The position numbers and the translations under genes were made by a program. The notes beneath the pieces are model-generated. The model saw only the letters and a list, made by a program, of their open reading frames with translations, was not told the DNA's origin and searched no databases. A stretch of 64,000 nt of DNA from Clostridiales bacterium (GTDB lineage: Bacteria > Bacillota > Clostridia > Oscillospirales > Oscillospiraceae), in assembly GCA_021203325.1 (NCBI GenBank), contig JAJQBL010000007.1, forward strand, positions 4,285 through 68,284, in the 5' to 3' direction. The first letter of the stretch is position 1; each line of letters begins with the position of its first letter. Shown piece after piece: positions 46,548 through 56,180 of this stretch.

Positions 46548-47762
46548 ATGGCAAAAATTCCTATGAAAACTCCCCTGGTGGAGATGGACGGCGACGAAAT
46601 GACCCGCATCCTGTGGCAGCAGATCAAGGACGAGCTGCTGCTGCCCTACATCGACCTGAAAACGGAGTATTATGACCTGGGCCTGCCCATGCGGGAGCAG
46701 ACCGGGGACCAGATCACCGTTGACGCCGCCAACGCCACCAAGAAATACGGCGTGGCCGTCAAGTGCGCCACCATCACCCCCAACGCCCAGCGGGTGAAGG
46801 AGTACAACCTCTCCCAGATGTGGAAGAGCCCCAACGGCACCATCCGTGCCATTCTGGACGGCACCGTGTTCCGCGCCCCCATCATGGTGAAGGGCATCAA
46901 CCCGGTGGTGAAGAACTGGAAGCAGCCCATCACCATCGCCCGTCACGCCTACGGCGACGTGTACCGGGACACCGAGTTCCGCATCCCCTGCACCGGCAAG
47001 GCCATGCTCAGCTTCCTCTCCGACGACGGCGCTGTGCAGATGAATCAGACGGTTTACGATTTTGAGTGCCCCGGCGTGGTGCAGGCCCTGTACAATAAGG
47101 ACGATTCCATCAAATCCTTCGCCCGCTCCTGCTTCCAGTACGCCATTGACACGAAGCAGGACCTGTGGTTCTCCACCAAGGACACCATTTCCAAGAAGTA
47201 CGACCACACCTTTAAGGACATCTTCGCGGAGATTTACGAGGCGGAGTACAAGGCCAAATTTGAGGCACTGGGCATCACCTATTTCTACACACTGATCGAC
47301 GACGCAGTGGCCCGTGTCATCCGCTCTCAGGGGGGCTTCATCTGGGCCTGCAAGAACTATGACGGCGACGTGATGAGCGACATGGTGTCCACCGCCTTCG
47401 GCAGCCTGGCCATGATGACCTCTGTGCTGGTCAGCCCCGACGGCAACTATGAGTACGAGGCCGCCCACGGCACCGTCACCCGCCACTACTACAAGTACCT
47501 CAAGGGGGAGGAGACCTCCACCAACCCCGTGGCCACCCTGTTCGCCTGGACCGGCGCACTGCGAAAGCGGGGCGAGCTGGACGGCCTGGCGGAGCTGTCC
47601 GCCTTTGCGGACAAGCTGGAGCAGGCCACCATCGCCACCATTGAGTCCGGCGTCATGACCGGCGACCTGGTGGGCCTGTGGGAAGGCGACGCCCCCGCCG
47701 TCAAGACCAACAGCGTGGACTTCCTGAAGGCCATCCGCGCCAACCTGGACAAGCTGCTGTAA
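46548..47762 (+). CDS. icd: NADP-dependent isocitrate dehydrogenase (eukaryotic-like IDH1/2 type)
   Basis: [15 protein letters not shown] ... CATITPN ... the ~404-aa type II IDH pattern. The ATG at 46548 follows GAGGT. Confidence 0.93.
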   Translation: MAKIPMKTPLVEMDGDEMTRILWQQIKDELLLPYIDLKTEYYDLGLPMREQTGDQITVDAANATKKYGVAVKCATITPNAQRVKEYNLSQMWKSPNGTIRAILDGTVFRAPIMVKGINPVVKNWKQPITIARHAYGDVYRDTEFRIPCTGKAMLSFLSDDGAVQMNQTVYDFECPGVVQALYNKDDSIKSFARSCFQYAIDTKQDLWFSTKDTISKKYDHTFKDIFAEIYEAEYKAKFEALGITYFYTLIDDAVARVIRSQGGFIWACKNYDGDVMSDMVSTAFGSLAMMTSVLVSPDGNYEYEAAHGTVTRHYYKYLKGEETSTNPVATLFAWTGALRKRGELDGLAELSAFADKLEQATIATIESGVMTGDLVGLWEGDAPAVKTNSVDFLKAIRANLDKLL

Positions 47763-47787
47763 GCACATTCTATCCCGTGAAATATCG

Positions 47788-47826
47788 CCGTCCGCCTGCT
47801 GACGCAGGCGGGCGGTTTATTTTTTA
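47788..47826 (+). terminator. Intrinsic terminator after icd
   Basis: Stem ccgtccgcctgc / gcaggcgggcgg followed by tttatttttt. Confidence 0.75.
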
Positions 47827-47908
47827 TGGGAAAATGATAGACAAATCATTAGAAAAAAGATAAAATAAAAACGGAGGCAGCGCAATAAATTGGAATTTGC
47901 AGGTGTGA

Positions 47909-48373
47909 ATGATGAAAACTTTATACATGATTGGTGGCACTATGGGGATTGGAAAAACAACCGTATGCCAACAGCTTAAACAAGATTTACAGAATAGCGT
48001 ATTTCTTGACGGAGATTGGTGCTGGGACGCAAATCCCTTCCAAGTAACCGATGAAACCAAAACTATGGTGATTGATAATATCTGATTTTTGTTAAACAGC
48101 TTTCTGAAATGCTCTGCATATGAAAATATTATTTTTTGCTGGGTTATGCATGAGCAAAGTATTATCAATTCTATTATTGAAAAGCTGGATACAAAGAACT
48201 GTGTTGTGAACTGTATCTCTCTTGTCGCAAACGAAGAGAGCCTGCGGGGCAGATTATCAAATGATGTTGAAAGAGGGATTCGCACTACGGATGTTATTGA
48301 AAGAAGTGTTGCAAGGATACCACTATATCTAGCACTCAACACCATTAAAATTGATACCAATAAAAAACTGTGA
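47909..48373 (+). pseudogene. P-loop (AAA_33-like) ATPase/kinase with an in-frame TGA
   Basis: MMKTLYMIGGTMGIGKTT (Walker A) ...DGDWCWDANPFQVTDETKTMVIDNI-TGA(48083-48085)-FLLNSFLKCSAYENIIFCWVMHEQ... continues in the same frame as the 48089..48373 ORF. Confidence 0.7.
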
Positions 48374-48442
48374 CTATGATTGTCAACGAAATCAAGCAAC
48401 TGTGATATTGACAACTTCCAGATTATCAAGGCCCCCAGGCCG

Positions 48443-48877
48443 TCACCCCACCGCTACCCAGTCGTTGCCGTACTCCGCAAGGACGCCGGGCAGGTCCTCA
48501 TACACGGCCTGGGTGCCGTCCTCGTCCCCATAGTTGAATACATAAACGCCGCCGTCCAGGAGGGTCAGGACAACGCAGGTGTCCACCGTGGTGGTGAGGC
48601 AGAGGGTATACTCCCCCCAGGTGTCGTTTTCCCACACGCCGTAGCGGAAGGAGGCGTCTGCGCCGCCCTCCACGGCAGTGCCCAGGTCGGGCAGCTCCTC
48701 CAGGGCGACGGAGGCGATCTCGTCATAGGCCACCTGAAAGCTGTAGCCGTCCGCCCCGTTGACTGTCAGCGCCTCTTCCGTATAGGTCAGCGTCACCGCC
48801 CCCTCCTTGTTCAGTACGGAGACGAGGGTGAGCAGCACAAGAATCGCGGCCATCAAAATCCAGTTTCGTTTTCCCAT
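48443..48877 (-). CDS. Hypothetical membrane-anchored protein (144 aa)
   Basis: GGAGGAG lies 9 nt before the ATG at 48877. It has an N-terminal TM segment (WILMAAILVLLTLVSVL). Its GC resembles the core genome. No family recognised. Confidence 0.65.
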   Translation of the reverse strand: MGKRNWILMAAILVLLTLVSVLNKEGAVTLTYTEEALTVNGADGYSFQVAYDEIASVALEELPDLGTAVEGGADASFRYGVWENDTWGEYTLCLTTTVDTCVVLTLLDGGVYVFNYGDEDGTQAVYEDLPGVLAEYGNDWVAVG

Positions 48878-49016
48878 TTTACTTCACTCCTCCGGCGGTT
48901 GGGTTTCAAAGGCTGCCCTTATGGTAGCATGGCGATTTCCGTTTGTCAAGAAAGGAGGATGGCTGGCCAGAGGATGCCATCCAAAACGCCATCTCCCCTG
49001 GCGGGGACAGCGTCAC

Positions 49017-49229
49017 CTATTCCTGAAAATCCGGGAATAAGTCGAGGGCTTCGTACTCCGCATCGCTCATTCCGGTCAGCTTCTTAATGGAGCTGTCCGT
49101 CAGTTCCCGAAGCTCCGTTTCATCAGCGGCAAGGTAGCCGCGCATTTCTGTCAGCGCCGCGACCAGCCCCTCCCGTGTGCCGGTGTTGTAAAGGCTCGTA
49201 GGCTGCTGTTCGTCAAAAGTGATGTTCAT
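49017..49229 (-). CDS. Transposon-transfer-assisting-family-like small protein
   Basis: ~70 aa. The pattern ...LYNTGTREGLVAALTEMRGYL..DETELRELTDSSIKKLTGMSDAEYEALDLFPDF matches my recollection of the small TTRAP proteins of clostridial conjugative transposons. Confidence 0.5.
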   Translation of the reverse strand: MNITFDEQQPTSLYNTGTREGLVAALTEMRGYLAADETELRELTDSSIKKLTGMSDAEYEALDLFPDFQE

Positions 49230-49422
49230 GTTCAAATCTCTCTTTGTGCTGACAGACGGAACAGAAATTCCGATAGATGAGATTAGAGAAATCAGCGGGG
49301 CAATGTTCCAGTCTTTGGATGATTCCTTTGCATGATTGACAGGGAGTGGCTCCTACGGAGAAAATCAACCTAAAACACCTATAGAGAGGGCCTTTTCTGC
49401 TTGTGGTGCTTACAAGAGCCAT
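49213..49422 (-). CDS. Possible small zinc-ribbon protein (two CxxC motifs)
   Basis: 69-aa ORF containing CQSC and CSVC ~22 residues apart. It overlaps the start of the next gene by 17 nt. No clear RBS, so this is weak. Confidence 0.25.
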   Translation of the reverse strand: MALVSTTSRKGPLYRCFRLIFSVGATPCQSCKGIIQRLEHCPADFSNLIYRNFCSVCQHKERFEHEHHF

Positions 49423-49508
49423 GAAGTACTATAATACATCTGAATTACGCCGATGTTAGCGATGTGCAAATGCAATGTAAGAGGAATAAAGAAAAAGAAG
49501 ATGGGTTT

Positions 49509-49927
49509 ATGATTTCAGAAAAATTAAAGCTTATCGTTGGTAAGATGAATGAGCATGGGACAACGGCCTATCTTGAAGGCGCATCTGAAGACCAGGTAGC
49601 ACAATTTGAGACAGACCATAAGATTACTTTTCCTGTTAAGTATAGAGAATGGCTTTTATACTCAGATGGGGGAGATTGTTTTTTGCCTGCGGGAGTTCAG
49701 TTTTATGGCGTTGCACGTAAACCCCATCAATAGATGTAGACTGTAACGACAGACCGGATGACTCTTATATTGTCATTGGTGCTCTCGACACCGGAGATCC
49801 TGTCCTTTTTAAAAAAGGGAGCGAACAAATTTCAATTTATAACCAGGAAGCTGGCCGAATTGAGGACGATGAATCATACGAAGGTTTTTATGCTTTTTTA
49901 AGATCTCTACGACTTGCTTGGAATTGA
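49509..49927 (+). pseudogene. SMI1/KNR4 (SUKH-1) immunity-type protein, frameshifted
   Basis: The N-terminal part is MISEKLKLIVGKMNEHGTTAYLEGASEDQVAQFETDHKITFPVKYREWLLYSDGG... and stops at 49733. The rest (PSIDVDCNDRPDDSYIVIGALDTGDPVLFKKGSEQISIYNQEAGRIEDDESYEGFYAFLRSL) lies in another frame. The junction is at a C4 run (49722-49725). Confidence 0.65.
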
Positions 49928-49930
49928 GGG

Positions 49931-50374
49931 GTGATCTTATGCCCAGAAGAACCTTTGAGGCAAGCATGGTTAAGGGAGCAGAAATTAGTTTCTGACGGAA
50001 AAGGGACACGGGATTGGACACCTGAGCCGCAGGAAGAAATCCTCACATACGGGAAAGCCTACTATCATAGTGATGACCCGAATGACGTGAATGATGGAAA
50101 AGCGTTTGAAGGTCATCACATGAAAAGCGCTGATGCGTATCCGGAATACCAGAGAGATTCTGGGAATATTCAGTTTCTTTCAAGGTCAGAACATCACGAA
50201 GCACACAATGGAGATTACAGAGATGCGATTTGTCAAGGGCAATTTTCATCGTTTCATACAACTACAATGCAACAAAAAGGCCAGGAAACGAAGCATACGA
50301 TGCTCAGCTCCTGGCAGTTAATATGCCCTGATTCAACAATCAGCGTGTGTGAACCCGGTTGCTTTCGCGGTTGA
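49931..50374 (+). pseudogene. Orphan C-terminal toxin module: HNH/EndoVII-fold nuclease with GHH signature
   Basis: ...TRDWTPEPQEEILTYGKA...FEGHHMKSADAYPEYQRDSGNIQFLSRSEHHEAHNG matches the GHH-type polymorphic-toxin tip. There is no RBS, no N-terminal delivery domain, and only a GTG start. Confidence 0.55.
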
Positions 50375-50532
50375 AAGAAAAGCTCAGGCGCAAAGGCGTG
50401 AAATCCGGCAGGATTTCAGCGCTTTTGCGCCTTTTTTCATGCAATCTGTCCCGTTGCCGATTTTGAGGGATATGTTTTTGGTCGGCCGCATGGACTTTGC
50501 AGGTTTCTGTCCCGCAGGTGTAGCCGCCGGTG

Positions 50533-51885
50533 CTACCCCGCAGATTGTTCCGCCAGCGCCTCCTGCTCCATCTGGCCGATGAGCCGGTATGCACGGATGG
50601 CCAATGGGATGCCGGGAATCAGCGTCAGCAGGTCGGCGATGGCCTGACAGGCGGCCAGACCGTAGACACCAAAAATCATGGGGATAATCAGCACCACGGG
50701 AATGTAACAGTAGCCCTGCCGCGCCGTACTCAACAGCATGGCATATCTGGCCTTGCCAATGCCGGCATAGAACATATTGATGATGGAGATCCAGGCGTGA
50801 ATGGGCAGGACAATGGACTCCAGCCGAATGCACAAAACGCCGATTTCCAGCACGGAGGCGTCCGCCTGGCTGTTGAACAGCCGGACAATGGGCTGAGCCG
50901 CAAAGACCAGAATCACCGCCATGACAATCGCACCGACAATGGATACCATGGTGGCAAAGGAGAAGCTCTCCCGTACCCGTTTTGCCTTTTTCGCACTCCA
51001 GTTGTACCCCACCACAGGCTGATAGCCCTGGCCGAAGCCCAGGATGATGGCGAAGGGGAACTGCATGACCCGGTTGGCCACGGAGAAGGCGGCCAGGGCA
51101 GCCGTGGAAATGCTTCCCGCCACATTGTTGAGCAGGATGGAGGCCACCACGCCCAGACCGGAGCGGAAGAAGGAGGCGCTTCCGATGGACAACACTTCCC
51201 TCGTGTCGGTTGCGTTCCACTTACAGTGCCGGATGGAGAGGTCTACTGTGGTACTCTTTCTCAGGTAGGGTATCAGCAGGATGACAAAGCTGACGAATTT
51301 GGAGATGGCGGTGGCCAGAGACGCGCCGCCGACCCCCATGTCAAAGACATAGATGAACAGCGGGTCCAGAAAGCAGTTGAGGACGCCGCCAAAGCCGATG
51401 CCCACCATGGAATAGACCGCGCTGCCCTCGCTGCGCAGGCACATATTCAGGACAAGCTGTCCCACCATAAAGGGGGCGGCGAACAGGACGTAGAATGCAT
51501 ACTGGATGGACAGTTCCCGGCAGTCATCCGTGGCGCCCAGCAGGTTCACCAGAGGGGTGGAGAAGCACTGGCCCAGGACCAGCAGGATGCAGCCCAGCCC
51601 CAGACCGATAAAGAGGAAGGTGGACAGGACGCGGTCCGCGTCCTCCTTCCGCTTGCCGCCCAGCAGCCGGGCGATATAGCTGCACGCACCGGCGCCGATC
51701 AGCGACCCCGTCATGGTGATGGCCCGCTCCAGGGAGCTGTTCACGCCCACGGCGGCGGTGGCATAGGTGCCCAGGGTGCTGACAAAGTAGGTATCCACCA
51801 GGTTATAGACTGTGGTGATCAGCTGCGCCACAATGGTTGGCACAGCCATCACCGGGATCAGGGTGCGAATGCTCTGGTTCAGCAT
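50533..51885 (-). CDS. MATE-family efflux transporter
   Basis: ~450 aa with a 12-TM pattern, beginning MLNQSIRTLIPVMAVPTIVAQLITTVYNLVDTYFVS, a typical MATE N-terminus. The track ORF extends to 52098 without an RBS. Confidence 0.9.
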   Translation of the reverse strand: MLNQSIRTLIPVMAVPTIVAQLITTVYNLVDTYFVSTLGTYATAAVGVNSSLERAITMTGSLIGAGACSYIARLLGGKRKEDADRVLSTFLFIGLGLGCILLVLGQCFSTPLVNLLGATDDCRELSIQYAFYVLFAAPFMVGQLVLNMCLRSEGSAVYSMVGIGFGGVLNCFLDPLFIYVFDMGVGGASLATAISKFVSFVILLIPYLRKSTTVDLSIRHCKWNATDTREVLSIGSASFFRSGLGVVASILLNNVAGSISTAALAAFSVANRVMQFPFAIILGFGQGYQPVVGYNWSAKKAKRVRESFSFATMVSIVGAIVMAVILVFAAQPIVRLFNSQADASVLEIGVLCIRLESIVLPIHAWISIINMFYAGIGKARYAMLLSTARQGYCYIPVVLIIPMIFGVYGLAACQAIADLLTLIPGIPLAIRAYRLIGQMEQEALAEQSAG

Positions 51886-52025
51886 CTGATCCGCTTTCTT
51901 ATTTGAAGTCTGAGTTCGCAATGTGTATGCTCCTTTCAGACGGGCTTCCATGGGGCGGGAACGCTGCCCATTGAAACCCGTCATAGTTGCGCTTTTCGAG
52001 AAAAGCGCCGCAATTCCAATATGTA

Positions 52026-53624
52026 TCAGACAGGCAGCACATGACGGGATGCCAGGAACTCCAGGATCATCTCGTCCAGCTTGCGCTTGCAGGAGCATCC
52101 GATGATCTCATCGCCCAGCTCGGCAAAGCCGAAGCTCTCGTCGCTCTCCGGCCACAGGGGGAGGCCCTCCCCGTTGGGGTCGCCGGTCTTGATAAAGTTT
52201 GCCCAGTAGCTGCTCATCTGGTCGGCCAGGCGGTAATCCACGGCCTCCCAGGGGCGGGCAGGGGGCGTCCCCTCCCGAAGGGAGCCGAAGGAATACCACA
52301 GCTCGTTGGAGTGCCAGCTCATCAGCCTCCGGGGGTCTCTGGCTGTGCCGTAGTCCTCCGGACGGTTGGGGGCAATGCGGGAGAAAAGGTAGGTGAAGCT
52401 GTGCTTTCCGGGAGCGATCTGTGCGCGGTGTGCACCGAAGTAACGGCTCATGGTCAGGCCGCCCATCCTCGCGCCGTCATGGAGGCCGTAGGAGGCCAGA
52501 CGGCGGGATTCCCGGTCCACGGTTTCGTCCGTGACGGAGACCAGGGAGGGGAAGTCATACTTCTCATAGAGGTTGCCCAACAGCTCCTTGCAGTAGGCGT
52601 AAAATTCCTCGGCAGAGATGAAGCCCACCTGGCTGCGGTTCGCGCCGGGCTTCATCTGTGTCTCACCCAGGTTGGAGCCGGAGAGGTAGTCCAGCGCCAC
52701 GCCGTACCGCTCCGTGCTGTCCACCATGGACAGGTCGGGCACCAGATTCCCGTCACAGATCAGCGTACCGGGCAGCCGGGCGCCGGTACTGCGGTTCAGG
52801 AACACATAGGGGTCGATGCGCCGCAGCTCCTCCGGCGTTGCGTCCGGGTCAATGCCCAGGGCCTCCAGGTAGCGCTGGCAGTCCTGCTCCACCTGTTCCC
52901 GCTGGCCGTTCTTCCTGTCCCACACCAGCCCGCTCTCGTTGATCATGCGTTTGATGTGCTTCCGCCCCAGGGGGGAGAAGGCCAGGGACGCTGCCTTGCC
53001 GGTGCCTGCGGACTGTCCGCCGACGGTGATGTTGTCCGGGTCGCCGCCAAAGGCGGCGATGTTCTCCACCACCCACTCCAGGGCCTTGATGTCGTCCATC
53101 AGGATATAATTGCCGCTGGAACCCTGTTCAGCGTCCAGCTGGGGCAGGGCAAGGTATCCGAATACGTTCAGCCGCTGGGCCACGCTGACCACAACGATGC
53201 CCTTCCGGGCCAGCTCTCTGGGGTCGAACTCCACCTCATAGGCATATCCGTGGTCGGGGCCGCCGCCGTGGAGCCAGATGTATACCGGGCGGCCCTCCCC
53301 GGCCTTCGCAGCGCCGGTGGCCACGTTCAGGTAAAGGCAGTCCTCGCTCATGGCAGGGGAACCCATGTAGTAGAAATCCGTGGCCCAGGGCTCCGCGTCC
53401 AAATCGCCGTCCGTGGGCTGGATGCAGATGGGGCCGAAGCTGACGCAGTCCCGCACGCCGCTCCATCCGGCGGGGTCAACGGGGGGCTTCCAGCGCAGCC
53501 TGCCCACAGGGGGTGCGGCGAAGGGGATGCCGCGGAACTCCGTGATGCCTTCGTAGCGGCCGGAATGCTCCAGGCCCCGCACAGCGCCATAGCTTGTTTT
53601 TACTGTTCCAATATAGTTCGCCAT
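52026..53624 (-). CDS. Carboxylesterase/lipase family protein (type B, PnbA-like)
   Basis: GIPFAAPPVGRLRW, EDCLYLNV and GGQSAG (nucleophile elbow) motifs. Confidence 0.9.
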   Translation of the reverse strand: MANYIGTVKTSYGAVRGLEHSGRYEGITEFRGIPFAAPPVGRLRWKPPVDPAGWSGVRDCVSFGPICIQPTDGDLDAEPWATDFYYMGSPAMSEDCLYLNVATGAAKAGEGRPVYIWLHGGGPDHGYAYEVEFDPRELARKGIVVVSVAQRLNVFGYLALPQLDAEQGSSGNYILMDDIKALEWVVENIAAFGGDPDNITVGGQSAGTGKAASLAFSPLGRKHIKRMINESGLVWDRKNGQREQVEQDCQRYLEALGIDPDATPEELRRIDPYVFLNRSTGARLPGTLICDGNLVPDLSMVDSTERYGVALDYLSGSNLGETQMKPGANRSQVGFISAEEFYAYCKELLGNLYEKYDFPSLVSVTDETVDRESRRLASYGLHDGARMGGLTMSRYFGAHRAQIAPGKHSFTYLFSRIAPNRPEDYGTARDPRRLMSWHSNELWYSFGSLREGTPPARPWEAVDYRLADQMSSYWANFIKTGDPNGEGLPLWPESDESFGFAELGDEIIGCSCKRKLDEMILEFLASRHVLPV

Positions 53625-53655
53625 TTTCAATGCGCCTCGATTCTTTCGGCCCGGG

Positions 53656-54852
53656 TCAGTCCTTCACGCAGGAGAACAGCCATTCCTTTACGCCGTCGAT
53701 TTCATACACCACCGGCCAGGTGCAAACGTGGTTGGTGACCGGATTGTCGTTTTTGCCGGCAGGCACCACAGAGCTGCCATCAAAGACGGTGTAACGCATA
53801 TCCACCGCATCGTGGGTGGCCTGCTCCGCCAGGCGGTTCAGCGTCTGCGGGGGCAGCTTCGCATCCCAGTAGTAGCGGCCGAAGGTGACGCCCTTTTGCT
53901 CCAGGGCGTCCACCACGGCATTCATGCCGGGGAAGGCCCGCTCGTCATGGTTGGAGACCAGAATCCAGAACTTGCAGCCGGTGCAGGCCGCTGCCATCCG
54001 GTCCGCGTCCCACTGACCGGCCACCAGCAGGGAGGCAGTGAAGTAGTCCGGGTACTGGATATTCATCTCGCAGAAGGTCATGCAGCCCATGGACTGGCCG
54101 GTGGCGTAGACCCGCTTCTCGTCCACGCTGTAGGTCGCCCGGATGCTGTCGATCAGACCCTTGACGGTGTCGATCTCCTTATCCGAATTCTGGCTGACCT
54201 GAGGGGCGACCACGATGCAGGGATGTTTGGCCTGCCACTCCGGTTTCGCCCAGGTCAGCGCACCGTTGCCCTGCATCAGGGTGATTCTGGGGTCCTGCCC
54301 CCGGACGCCCGCGTCGTGGATGAACACCACCAGCGGATACTGCCGGGCGGGGTCGTATCCCTCCGGCAGGTAGAGATTGTAGTTGACCCCCTGATACTGC
54401 TTCTGCTGGAACCGGCAAATCAGCGGCTCGTCCACCTCAGTGGACGCACCCCACTGGCCGTCCGGGGCAATGACGGTGCCGTCCGCCGCGGTGATGTCCG
54501 CTGTCTGGAGGACCCGCACCACCTTGGAGGCCGGTATGGTATCATGGGGCTTGCGGGGCTTCTTCTCCGCCTCCGGCTGCTCCTCGCCGTCCTTTTTCAG
54601 GTGCTTCTTGCCCTCCGGTATACTGTCGGGCTGCAAAATCACGGCAGAGGCCACATCCTTCAAATCCAGGCTGAGAATCACGTCGCAGCCCTGGACGGAG
54701 ACGCCGCAGACGGTGCGGTTCTCCACCTGATAGGCGTCCGCCAGGCTCAGGTCGGGGGCGATGGGCTTGTCATAGGACAGGCACACGCCGTAAATCTTCT
54801 GTCCGTCGGGGTAATTTTCCGTCAGGCAGGTCATCTTTGTTATATGATTCAT
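53656..54852 (-). CDS. Alpha/beta hydrolase (esterase) with an N-terminal beta-rich domain
   Basis: GQSMG nucleophile elbow and the PLVVFIHDAG motif. The ATG at 54852 follows GAAGGAA and overlaps the upstream stop (ATGA). Confidence 0.75.
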   Translation of the reverse strand: MNHITKMTCLTENYPDGQKIYGVCLSYDKPIAPDLSLADAYQVENRTVCGVSVQGCDVILSLDLKDVASAVILQPDSIPEGKKHLKKDGEEQPEAEKKPRKPHDTIPASKVVRVLQTADITAADGTVIAPDGQWGASTEVDEPLICRFQQKQYQGVNYNLYLPEGYDPARQYPLVVFIHDAGVRGQDPRITLMQGNGALTWAKPEWQAKHPCIVVAPQVSQNSDKEIDTVKGLIDSIRATYSVDEKRVYATGQSMGCMTFCEMNIQYPDYFTASLLVAGQWDADRMAAACTGCKFWILVSNHDERAFPGMNAVVDALEQKGVTFGRYYWDAKLPPQTLNRLAEQATHDAVDMRYTVFDGSSVVPAGKNDNPVTNHVCTWPVVYEIDGVKEWLFSCVKD

Positions 54853-56150
54853 GATTTTCCTTCTTTCATATCGTTGAGCAGTTCTGTGGCGGCGGCCAGC
54901 AGGCGCTCCGCCGAGCCGGGCATAAAGGGCGAGTTCTGGCACTGGAATTGAACAGACCGGTAGGCCTCCTCCTCCGGCATGCACTTGTCGCAGCCGTTGA
55001 CCATGATGGCCAGGGCGGTGGTTTCACCGGGGAAGGCGTCGGCCAGCTGCACGGAGGTGGCCCCGTTGGTTTCCGGCTGGACGCCCACCAGATTGAAGCT
55101 CCCCAGGGTCATGGCATAGACATCCAGAGTTTTCTCCCCGTCCGGGGTAAAGGTCATGGATTTGGCGGGGCGGATGGAGCCAAGATTCCGGTTCATCGCC
55201 TTGGTCTGGAAGGTGCAGCTGCGCTGACCGGTGCGCAGCACCGGCTCGGTATACGTGGCAATGCGCCGCCAGACCCGCAGCACATCGGCCTCCAGCGCTG
55301 CGCTGAGGGCGGACAGCAGGGCGTAGCCGTCTTCCCCCAGGGAAACCTTCCGGAACTGGCCCAGATGGTCCGGCGCTTCGCTGTTGGCTTTCAGCACTGG
55401 TTCCTGGTCTCCGGCAGCGCCGCACAGGAACATGGCCACAAAGTCCCCGCCAAACTCCTGCTCCAGGCTGGTGCTGGTGACGCCGCTGATGTCGCCGGAG
55501 ATCAGCCCGGTGCCGTCCGGATTCCGGATGTCGCTGGTCACGCAGGGGCGGATGCCCAGGTTGTACAGCAGGGCCAGAGGGGTGCCGTCCGTCCGGTCGA
55601 TCCGCAGCACATGAAGGCTGTGGTCGCAGGGGGCCTCCGGGTTGCTCCCCAGCCACCAGCCTTCCTCTGTGGGGAGGTTGCGGCTGACGTTGACGGCGCT
55701 GCGCCCGGTGCCCCAGCCCACGACGGCCTCCGTCCTGGCGGCCAGGGCCTGCCCGGCGGCTTCCTCCAGCGCGGCGCAGTAGGCGTCCTCCAGCAGCGCG
55801 CACCTGCGGACCGTCTCCGGGTCCCGCTGACCGCCGGGGCCGTGGGGTTTCCCCTCTTTGGGGGCGGGCCAGATGTGGGGGCCGCAGAAGGAGTGGGTCA
55901 GGGTGATCCAGACATTGTCCGGAGCGGTGTCCAGCGCCCGGCTGGCCAGGTCACGGAACCGGTCCCGGGTATCGTCAAAAATGGAAGTGATCTCAATGGA
56001 AACCAGGGCGAAGCGCACGGTTCCCTCCAGGAGCAGTACACGAACGTGCAAATCGTCATGGGTGCCGATGAAACCGTCCAGTGGCAGGCAGCCGTTGTCC
56101 AGCCGAACGGGCGCAATGCCCGCCCCTGCCTGAAAGGTGTTGTGATGCAT
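54849..56150 (-). CDS. Hypothetical protein, possibly a neutral/alkaline-ceramidase-like hydrolase
   Basis: 433 aa with AGGAGG 7 nt upstream. The N-terminal pattern AGAGIAPVRL...G...THDDLHVRVLLLE...ALVSIE resembles bacterial ceramidase-like N-terminal domains. This is a low-certainty recollection. Confidence 0.45.
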   Translation of the reverse strand: MHHNTFQAGAGIAPVRLDNGCLPLDGFIGTHDDLHVRVLLLEGTVRFALVSIEITSIFDDTRDRFRDLASRALDTAPDNVWITLTHSFCGPHIWPAPKEGKPHGPGGQRDPETVRRCALLEDAYCAALEEAAGQALAARTEAVVGWGTGRSAVNVSRNLPTEEGWWLGSNPEAPCDHSLHVLRIDRTDGTPLALLYNLGIRPCVTSDIRNPDGTGLISGDISGVTSTSLEQEFGGDFVAMFLCGAAGDQEPVLKANSEAPDHLGQFRKVSLGEDGYALLSALSAALEADVLRVWRRIATYTEPVLRTGQRSCTFQTKAMNRNLGSIRPAKSMTFTPDGEKTLDVYAMTLGSFNLVGVQPETNGATSVQLADAFPGETTALAIMVNGCDKCMPEEEAYRSVQFQCQNSPFMPGSAERLLAAATELLNDMKEGKS

Positions 56151-56180
56151 AGCAGAGCCTCCTAATGGCTGCGCAGGGGG

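Larger units (their letters stand above)
47830..50400. mobile_element. Decayed accessory islet (mobile-element / polymorphic-toxin remnant)
   Basis: AT-rich mosaic lying between the icd terminator and the 3' end of the MATE gene. It holds two broken genes, a transposon-transfer-assisting-like ORF, a SUKH immunity pseudogene and an orphan toxin tip. No integrase or terminal repeats were seen. Confidence 0.35.

Noticed and set aside
48083-48085. TGA at a probable Cys position in the P-loop ATPase as selenocysteine.
   Set aside because: I could not find a convincing SECIS-like hairpin in the ~40 nt downstream. The gene lies in a decayed AT-rich islet and appears C-terminally truncated as well. 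A pseudogene is the simpler reading.
47824-48429. A 201-aa minus-strand ORF in the AT-rich stretch after icd.
   Set aside because: It is the shadow of the plus-strand P-loop ATPase pseudogene, whose Walker A motif and conserved blocks read clearly on the plus strand. The minus-strand translation has no recognisable features.
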